From contig NC_068986.1 in the NCBI RefSeq assembly GCF_001194135.2, positions 66,622,136 through 66,686,135 of the forward strand: 64,000 bases of DNA, read 5' to 3'. A program made the translations under genes and the position numbers. Shown here piece by piece: positions 63,170 through 64,000 of the stretch. The stretch's first letter is position 1, and each line of letters begins with the position of its first letter. A model generated the notes under the pieces. That model ran no database searches, was not told where the DNA came from, and saw nothing but the letters and a program-made list of their open reading frames with translations. The stretch is from Octopus bimaculoides. Lineage: Eukaryota.

Positions 63170-63600
63170 GTATGAGTAAGATCCAACAGTCTTTAATTCC
63201 AATACTCTATGAGTAAGATTTAACAGTCTTACTCATAGAGTATTGGAATCTTATATGCATACCATTCTGCCCAAATAATGGATTTACAAATGTAATGACC
63301 AATTTTATATACTGTTGGATTTTACTCATAAGGTATTGGAATCTTATATGTTTACCATTTTGCCTAAACAATGGATTTACAAATACAATATCCCTGCATA
63401 TCTCACATCTATTTTCGTTCCTCCATTTCACTCTCTATTTCCTATCTTATCTAAATTAACTATTGCTTAACCATCCTCCCACACCGTCTCCTATGAAGGG
63501 TTATAATAAATATCATAGAAACAGCTGTAAGACCTTCTATTTATAAATGTTATAAAATATACACAACCTTGGTTTTTTATCTCATTACAAAAAGTAAATC
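63170..63600 (+). mobile_element. PLE terminal repeat (pseudo-LTR) with 5' fold-back, 93 bp tandem duplication and degenerate hammerhead
   Basis: 23 bp perfect hairpin 63196-63249; ~93 bp unit at 63234 and 63327; GTCT-CCTATGA...GAAA-CAGCTGT-A-AGAC at 63486-63533. Confidence 0.65.
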
Positions 63601-63608
63601 CTTATATA

Positions 63609-63639
<31 letters not shown>

Positions 63640-64000
63640 TAGATTTAATCAAAAGATTAAATGTGGTACTTAAAATGTTTGAGGCACCAGAATTTGGTAG
63701 GATAAAAACCAAAAACAAAATCAAGAGATTTGGTGAATAAAATTTGAAGGTAAGCAACAAAAATTCAATAGGTTATAGCAGTACGTACGTTTCGTACAAG
63801 CTCCATTTATTCATGTAGTGAGAACACTACAGAAAATACAATGAAAATGTACTCCTCAGCTGCATAGTGGAATTTCATTTTAGAAAGTCATTTTGAAGAT
63901 GTTTGCAAAAAACAAGAGTAAGAGAAGAAAACATATCTCGACTATGCTGCTGTTTCACAGACAAGTGAATCAAACAAGAATTTAAAATCTAATTGGAGGG

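Overview
This is AT-rich, repeat-saturated animal genomic DNA with many N gaps, most of them flanked by microsatellites. The SINE, Dong/R4 and Penelope motifs resemble those I know from Octopus; that is inference, not a database result. No intact host gene can be supported, and most ORFs in the track are microsatellite or N artefacts, or lie antisense to retrotransposons. The window is a graveyard of mobile-element remnants: four Dong/R4-like LINE fragments, two RTE 3' ends carrying C2H2 zinc fingers, at least six Penelope-like (PLE) pieces, CR1-, Tx1/L1- and CRE-like remnants, a Chapaev-3 transposon, two hAT remnants, a Tc1/mariner element, a mariner MITE, a Helentron-type HINE, and many tRNA-derived SINE copies. 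The most interesting signals are: (1) an intact minimal type-I hammerhead ribozyme at 21283-21330 upstream of a PLE, plus several degenerate ones; (2) an RTE family ending in three tandem C2H2 fingers, with the same frame offset in two diverged copies; (3) (TAA)n/(TTA)n tracts with Dong/R4 starting on one side and a SINE on the other; (4) perfect 21-23 bp hairpins at the 5' edge of PLE terminal-repeat fragments; (5) a PLE ORF with greatly expanded Asn-rich linkers; and (6) a few unverified candidate host exons. All family assignments come from manual translation and motif recall; no searches were run.
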